A stretch of DNA of 63,910 bases, the filler included, from Olpidium bornovanus S191 (Eukaryota; Fungi; Olpidiomycota): NCBI GenBank assembly GCA_017911155.1. It is 30 parts of 30 records of this genome, joined end to end, with 100 filler letters (N's around TTAATTAATTAA, not from the genome) between each part and the next. Parts side by side here need not be neighbours in the genome. Positions count along the whole stretch, not along the records: positions 57,144 to 58,955 come from JAEFCI010006461.1; positions 59,056 to 61,507 come from JAEFCI010000656.1; positions 61,608 to 62,618 come from JAEFCI010007305.1; positions 62,719 to 63,910 come from JAEFCI010006139.1; 26 more parts are not named here. The stretch is one strand, 5' to 3'. Each line of letters begins with the position of its first letter. The first letter of the stretch is position 1. Shown here piece after piece: positions 57,144-63,910 of this stretch. The position numbers and the translations under genes were made by a program. The notes beneath the pieces were generated by a model. The model had not been told where the DNA came from. It made no database searches and saw only the letters and a list, made by a program, of their open reading frames with translations.

Positions 57144-58200
57144 CGTTAAAAGTGGGCACCCGTAGCTTTTTCTCGAGCCACCCCTCTTTCTCGACGAGCA
57201 ACGCCACGCACAAGTTCCCAGTTGTCAGTCAGCCTTCCTTCCTCGCACAGTTTCTCGTACATGATATCCTTCCATTTCGAGGGCAGCGCCTCTAGATACG
57301 CTCGGGTCTTGTCTGCAAATACCAAACGGCTCCTCGGATCCAGTTCGTCAAAAGCCCCTTCAAACTTTCAAAGGATTTCCTGCGGGTCGCCCGCCTTTGG
57401 CCTTAAAATCCATTTGGAGAACTTCGCCACCATCATGCGGTCGTGGTCCTCAAGGCTAAACTCCGTCTTGAGAGTTCTCCTTAAACCGAGACCAACATGG
57501 GGGCTCCCAAACCATTTCCTGAACCTGCACTTCATGTTCGGGAAGAACTGTCAAAAGAAATGCCCGTTGCTTTTCAGCAGCCATCATATCTAGCGACCGG
57601 AAGTGCAGTTCAAACTTCTTCAAATACGTCGTAACATTCCGCAACCTAAAGTACTCGTGTTTGCCAAGGAACTCTCGTAACGCCGTCTGAATCTCAATCT
57701 TCCGAAAGGTCTCCTTTGATCGTACTTGAGCTGCCAAAAGCAGTTCCTCAACACGTAGAGGCGAGGCTGCCAAAGCAGCTTCAATTGCATTGAAGGCCAG
57801 GGTATGGATCCCTAAGCGCACCTGACGTGGGCTACTGTCTCTAGTCTCGTTTCGTACTCCCTCCTTTTCCAGTCCTGCCATCTCGAACAGTCGGTTTTGG
57901 TTATCACTCGTGATGACTCGTCCCTTCCTCCGCTGTCATACGCCGACAACATCACGTCACTTAACACAGACACAGCCAACCGGACTTCCCACGGCCTGTC
58001 CTGCCCGGGAGCACCAGCTTTTGGGAAAATAGGCGGGCAGTTGAGGACAGGCGGCGCCGGGCCTTGTGGAAAGTCGTTGTTCCAGTCTTCCCACTCGAAA
58101 CTCCAAATCTCGGCCTCTGATTTCCAGTTCTCTCAAGCGTCCTCTCTGTCTCTCCTTCTCTCTTTCTCTTTCTAGAAGTTTGCTTTGCTCTACGGCTCCG
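57144..58200 (-). mobile_element. Frameshifted retrotransposon Gag-like ORF (probably Ty3/gypsy)
   Basis: Coiled-coil segment, then RNVTTYLKKFELHF...WSRFK and, after a frameshift, LKTEFSLEDHDRMMVAKFSKWI...EILSKFEGAFDELDPRSR...YLEALP. This is a capsid-like Gag pattern with no introns. Confidence 0.6.
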
Positions 58201-59055
58201 AAACTACTCGAGGACGCGTTCGCTCTACTTTCGAGGGGTTTTTCGTTACGCGTGAGGGTTTTTTAGGGCGCGTGGAGTTTCCGTGAGGTCGGGAGATCGA
58301 ACGTAATACCTTCTACGCGTTAGTGCGGAAATTCTTAGGAAAGGACGAGGGAAAAGACAAACAAGAAAGATTTCCACACTCCTCGGTTGCCCCGGTTATG
58401 CGCCCCCTCCCCTTTTCTACCCCCAACTCTATCTAATGGATTTCTATGCTGCAACTTTGGAATCCGGAGAACTCGATTCTAGCACTTCTGGCCTTCCTCT
58501 GCATCCTCACATTTTTCTCCACTACAGCGGCCTAATGTGCGACTTGGCGGGTGCCGCAGATGACTTTGTTGTGGGTGGTGTGTCCGGCGAAGGTTTCTTG
58601 TGTGCCAGGGTTACCCTGGTATAAACCGTTAAAATAAGCCAGGGGGGCGCCAAATACTCATCGAGTATTAGGTTAAAGTTAAGCTTAAAAAAGGTAGGAG
58701 GCCCCCTTGACATTTTATTCTGGTTTTCATTGGTCTATTTCCAAGGGGGATCCATTTCCAGTAAACTTTTCCTGGGGTGCCTCTTTCTGTTGAACTTCCC
58801 ATCTCGGGGAATCTTATTCCGGCCCCTATTGGCCTCCCCACGCACAACCCCTTCCTTTCCAAAATTTCTGAACTGCTCCCCCCCCCCTTGTCCCCCACCT
58901 TCCACCCCAACCTCCCTTCCCCCCCCCCCCCCCCCCCCCCCCCCCGCCAGCCCGCNNNNNNNNNNNNNNNNNNNNNNNNNNNNNNNNNNNNNNNNNNNNT
59001 TAATTAATTAANNNNNNNNNNNNNNNNNNNNNNNNNNNNNNNNNNNNNNNNNNNN

Positions 59056-61507
59056 CATGAATGCGTACCTAAACATCTGGGCGGAAGAGCCCATCAACGA
59101 TGACCAAGAACATCCATCACTGGACAAATTATTTGTCCAGCTAAAAGACGCAGAAGAGGTAACGAGCGTGGGGCGCGCAAAAAGCAAGCGAAACAGCTCG
59201 CACGTATCTACCCCCGCTGGCGGTTCCAGCTCCGACGATGCCCTGCTTCCGTTGTTCTTAGCTTTGCGGCCACGTCGAGCGGCGATTGGCGAACGCCAGC
59301 GACAAGAAAGACCAAAGGGAAATGAAACGGCTTACGGAGCATTTGTTAAGGAGCCGGAAAATCGTCGAAGACAAGTGCGACACAGCTGCTGCGCTGGTGG
59401 TGCAGGTACGCGGTGTGCACGCTGTACTTTGCACCGTTCGTTCTCGAGAGGCATGCGACCGACAACGTTGTGAGCCTACTGCGACCCTTCCGTGCGTCAC
59501 ACACCTCGCCGCAGTACGCGGACGTCTTCAATCCCCAGCGGGAGGCGAACGAGAATTTCGTTTACATGGCCACGACGGACAGGTATGCCGTCGGCGTCTG
59601 GGGAAACCTGACTAAAAATCCTCGGCACAAGTCTATCGATTTCGCGGACCTGAAGATGTCGACGGGCCTGTCGAAGCCGCTGGCCTTGGCAAACGTGGCG
59701 ATCGTCATGCTCATGCAGATGGGGGCATGCGCTGCGGCCGAGTACGACCAATACATCGACTCGACGAGCACGGCGGTCGTCGGCGGCGTGCTGAACCTGA
59801 TGCTGGCGGAGATGCCCGAGGTGCCCAAGACCGTAGACAAGTGGACAATCCGGCAGAGGACGGTTCCTGCGACGCCGGTCATGCGGTGGGCCTGGTTCTG
59901 GAGTGTTCGGCTTGAGTACCGGGCGGCACCCACTGAGATAAGGCGATTTCGCGCATTGCGGGCCAACCCTTTTTCGGTTGCAGTCCTCACCCCGACTAGC
60001 CATCTCAAGCGAATTGAGTACCCATTCCCGCGGCAGGCGACGGATCCCGCTGAGGAGGATACGGACGACGCGACGTGGGCGGCCCAGTGGCCCACGCAGA
60101 TCACGCATGCGTTGCCAAAAGGCGTCTTCCTCCACCCCGACTCCGTCACCGTCAAGTACTGGAGCGCGGAAAACAAGCGGTGGCAGGACGACGGCGTCGA
60201 GGACGTAGAGATAGACCTCGGTAAATGGCCGCTGCACGGGATCGCGCCCCCAGCAAACCCGCCTTAGAATATCGCAACCCCGCGGCAGTCGCACCAGCTC
60301 ACTTCGACTTCGCCGGGGGCGCCAGAGCACAACCAGGTCAGGTTCCGCACCATACACTTTAAGCCGTCAGCAGTCGTCCAGGACGCCTTCTCCGAGCTCC
60401 CCTACGCGCACTGGCACATGCGGCCCAGCACGGCAAGCCCAAATCTGATAACGCTGACGATCAGCGGCAAGTCGCAGCAGATCCAAGTGGAGATTGGCGA
60501 GCAGGGTTGCCGGCTCCTCGCCCCAGTCGTCGACTCGAGCGAGTTGAACGATCCAAACATCAACAAGACCTGGATGTCAGCTTCGCTGATGTTCAAGGTG
60601 GATGCACGACGGAGGGGACCCTTTTTTGCTATTCGAAACTCGGGGTGTTGGGCGGCGACCTCGCCCCGAGGCGGCCTGCTGGTGAATTGCTGCGGGAAAA
60701 AAAAAAAGACCGCACGGATGGTTTCGTCATACCACAGCATATCCAGCTCACGAAGCTTCAGTTTCGCTCTTGCGCACAATGCAGCGGGCGTCCCGCCTGG
60801 GTTTGAACTTTGTGGCACCGAAGTCATTTCAGAGCATCAACGTCGAAGAGATGTCTATAAAGGTAACGAGCCGCCGGTTTCCGGTCTCCTTCAGGCTTTT
60901 GCCGCTGGAGAGCCTCTTGCATTTAAACGGCCAGCGGAAACGGCTGGCGCGTCGGATAGAGCCCGCAAGTCGAAGACGACTGCATTGCCGGGATAAGCTT
61001 TTGCTCCTCAGTGTTCGAGTTCCAGCGCAGCGCTTACAACAAAAGCGTCGGAGGCACCCGGTGCCTGGTCGAAGTACGGGAAATGGCGGCAGATGGCGTG
61101 AGTTGCAAATGATGAGAATATGCATTTCGAAGCGCGCGCGAGTTGTGCCACGGCGGTCATCTGTTGTTGTAGGGGCCCGGCAATGCTCGTTGACGCGGCG
61201 CCGGCCTTGTCTTTTTGAAATTGTATGCCGGCTTTCAACAGCCCGGCTGGAAACCAATTCTGTTTGACTCTGCGTTCAAGACGTCGTCGCCGCCGATCAA
61301 AACCGCGTTCTTTATGAAAGAGAAGGAGTTCTTGGAGGGAAAGAAGTTGCTGCCTGAAGAGGGCGTCAAGGTAATGGCCCGAACGCCCCACCATCGAAAT
61401 TTTCGGCCAGCCCCGCGCCTGACGAAGCCTACCGGGGCAAATTCTGCTTCCAACCGAACGCGGCTCCTTTCTAAAAGCCCCACGCCGGCATATATCACGC
61501 AATCATG
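59056..61507 (+). CDS. DNAI7: Axonemal dynein intermediate chain DNAI7/CASC1 (IC97/Las1), partial at both ends
   Basis: MNAYLNIWAEE and VWGNLTKNPRHKSIDF match recalled CASC1 MNTFISLWKE and VWANLKKNPRHRSVRF. Also WSAENKRWQDDGVEDV, VRFRTIHFKP and ELPYAHWHMRP. Confidence 0.85.
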
Positions 61508-62718
61508 NNNNNNNNNNNNNNNNNNNNNNNNNNNNNNNNNNNNNNNNNNNNTTAATTAATTAANNNNNNNNNNNNNNNNNNNNNNNNNNNNNNNNNNNNN
61601 NNNNNNNGCATGGACATCCCGACCCAGAAAGCACATTCCCAAGTCAGTTGTGCTCGCACCGTTGGCCGCTGCTGCCGTCTGGTAAAAAAAAGCTCCAAAG
61701 AGAAGAAGAAGAGCCCGACGACGGGACGTCTGGCGGGGAGGAGCGAGCTCAACGGGTGGGCGCCCGGGGGGAAGGAGCGAGCTCGTCGTCTGGACACCCG
61801 CGTGCAAGGAGCAAACTTTAAGGTTGGACGCCCGTGGAAGATGACCGAGCTCGACGCCGTGACAGCAGGCAACGGACGACTGTGGCAGCAGTCATGTATG
61901 CCAAAGCGGACGCAGAAGACCTGCGGACGGCAGACGCCAAAACGGCGGGCGAAGTGGGGTGAGTCGAAGCGCAACCCGAGTCAACGCGACAGTGCTACGA
62001 AAGGGGTTGTGAAGAGCCACAAAATGCAGGGCTTTCATGGAAAACAAGGAAACAGCGGGAAATAGAACAAAGCGGTGGTATAACCGCCAATTTACGCCCT
62101 AGCACCATCACATTGTGCATGCAACGAAGCGGCATTATTGCAAGTTTGAAAAGGCAGGCTTCCAAAGGATACAGTGCTGGGCACTTGAACAAAGCCGCTA
62201 TGTGATCGCGTGAATAAGTAAAGTGCGATCAATAATGTAAATTGCCTCTCCGGAAATAATGGCAGTGCCGGCGCATGTGCGAGGGCAGTACCAGCGCATG
62301 TTTGCATTGCCGTATGCAGTGCGTCTGCGGGGCGGCGCGGTGTGTGTGTGTGTGTGGAAAGGGGGGGAGGGGTGGGGGGGATGGGGGAAGGGCGGTGCCG
62401 AGGCTGCATGAATTATTGTTTTTTTCACCAGTTCGCCCCTGATCAACCAAGCACTGCGCCAGACGCGTCTCCATTCCGGAACGTTCCTTCCCGGCTTCCT
62501 AGACATAGGAAAATTCTGCGCCCGTCGGACCACAAGACGCGTCGCCCGTCCCGAACGTTCCACCTAACCCCCCTACCAACCCCCCCCCCCCCCCCCCCCC
62601 CTCCCCCCCCCCCCCCCCNNNNNNNNNNNNNNNNNNNNNNNNNNNNNNNNNNNNNNNNNNNNTTAATTAATTAANNNNNNNNNNNNNNNNNNNNNNNNNN
62701 NNNNNNNNNNNNNNNNNN

Positions 62719-63469
62719 CATGGACTTATTTGACGCTTCGCATTCGGTCGCGTCAGGATTGCTTGCCGAGCGCGAGCATCGTCTCCGGGACGCCGCGAGC
62801 CACCCGGGAAGTTTGATTGAGTGGGCGCAAAGGCAACGGCAGGGCGCCGGCCGCGACGCCAAGGGATCGCCGGTTTCGCTGAATCCCGGCAAGACGAACC
62901 CAGCAGTCGCCCTTGCAGGGCGCGACGGAAAAAGCGCGGCCCCGAGGGCCGAGTTCGCCGCGGAAAGGAGCCTCGAGGACCTCTCGCGTGGTTTGGAGCG
63001 CGTCACGATGCCGACGCTCGTCCTCGGCGTGCAGACGGACATCCTTTTCCCGTGCTGGCAGCAGCGGGAGATCAGCGACTCCCTCAAAAGGGCAGGAAAC
63101 CAGTCCGTCACGTACTACGAGCTCGACTCAAAATTGTTAGCAGTTGCCCCGCGGGGGCCAGCGCGGGCGGAAAACGCGTGATTGGGGTTTTGGGGCGCCT
63201 CCGGCGTTTCTTTCCGGGCAGCCGATTCCGTTGGGCCTTCCGGTCCGCTTACATTTCGCCTCTCGTGTCCCGCGTCCCCCAACTTGTTCGACTCCCGCAG
63301 TGGTCACGACACTTTCCTGATTGATGTCACCAGGTTCGTTGCAATCGATCGGGAGACCTGCGATCGCTTTTCGCCGTCGAATATGCGCGTTTTTTTTTTT
63401 TCGTTTGCGGATCTAATAGGCTGGTACGTCAGCGTTGGGTCAGCCGTCAAGGGCCACTTGGAACTGTGA
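62719..63469 (+). CDS. MetX-family acyltransferase, serine O-acyl(succinyl)transferase Cys2-like, C-terminal part (5' partial)
   Basis: MDLFD...PTLVLGVQTDILFPCWQQREI (catalytic Asp), GHDTFLIDV (catalytic His) and VGSAVKGHLEL*. Confidence 0.85.
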
Positions 63470-63910
63470 CGCCTTGGGCCTTCTCAAGTTTTCGTCTTCC
63501 GATGCTTCCGGGGCGCTTGGCGCGCTCTCCGGTGGCGCGGGGTGCGCGATGCCTCAGAAGGAATCCCGCCTGTCAGGGAGGAGTTTACAAAAAGCCTCTC
63601 GTTGGCAATCCCGCTGAGACGTCGAGCTTTTTAAAGTTTTGGGTAATTCGCCCAAGCCGTTCGCGTCCCAACACGTGCTCAAGACATCTGCAGGCCGGTC
63701 GCTGCAGTCTACAATTCCGAGTCTTTTCCGTTGTTGCCGCCTTTTTATTACACTCCCGGAGAGTTTCGAGACGGAGGAAAGAAACTTAATGGAAAGCGAG
63801 GGCGGAATCTAATGTTGTCGAGAAGTGGGCATTCGGAGAATAGTGCCGCGCTGCGGCAGGATATCGGGCTCCCGCACCTGAAGGCGGTAAGAGGGGGGGG
63901 GAAAGGCGGG

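Noticed and set aside
61610-62065. 151-aa Lys/Arg-rich ORF
   Set aside because: No recognisable motif or splice support; cannot be distinguished from a chance ORF.
1-63910. Apparent clustering of nucleotide and pentose-phosphate metabolism genes (UPRT, 6PGL, ADE17) or of flagellar genes
   Set aside because: They are on separate concatenated contigs, so there is no evidence of linkage.

Overview
This window is not one locus. It is 30 short, unrelated contigs (about 1-7 kb) joined by 29 identical 100-bp artificial spacers (44 N + TTAATTAATTAA + 44 N, stop codons in all six frames), so adjacency across a spacer carries no biological meaning. The DNA is GC-rich, intron-rich and eukaryotic. Fungal-type genes (secreted chitin/polysaccharide deacetylase, Cys2-like MetX transferase, Ade16/17, Pah1) occur alongside flagellar/centriolar genes (LRRC23, DNAI7/CASC1, a Tctex1-domain light chain, a HYLS1-like protein). 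That combination points to a zoosporic fungus; an Olpidium-like organism is my guess, not verified. Most contigs hold one partial housekeeping gene: NCBP3, UPRT, HEATR6-like, PPR, Vps13-like exon, MINDY, 6PGL, PAH1, TRAF-ZnF/AZUL protein, ADE17, MARCH5-like, RAM1, WEE1. Most ORF-track entries are shadow ORFs. Observations not visible in the ORF track: (i) three Ty1/copia 5'LTR junctions with a half-tRNA(iMet) primer-binding site, two from one LTR family and two followed by tandem-repeat leaders; (ii) a decayed, internally deleted 18S rDNA relic in intergenic DNA; (iii) strong enrichment of CATG at contig ends, implying restriction/ligation artefacts and possible chimeras; (iv) an internal Vps13-like exon head-to-head with a PPR gene; (v) a bacterial-type UPRT with 8 introns, one of them GC-AG. 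I found no convincing new multi-gene system. All protein assignments are by-eye motif recognition, not database searches.
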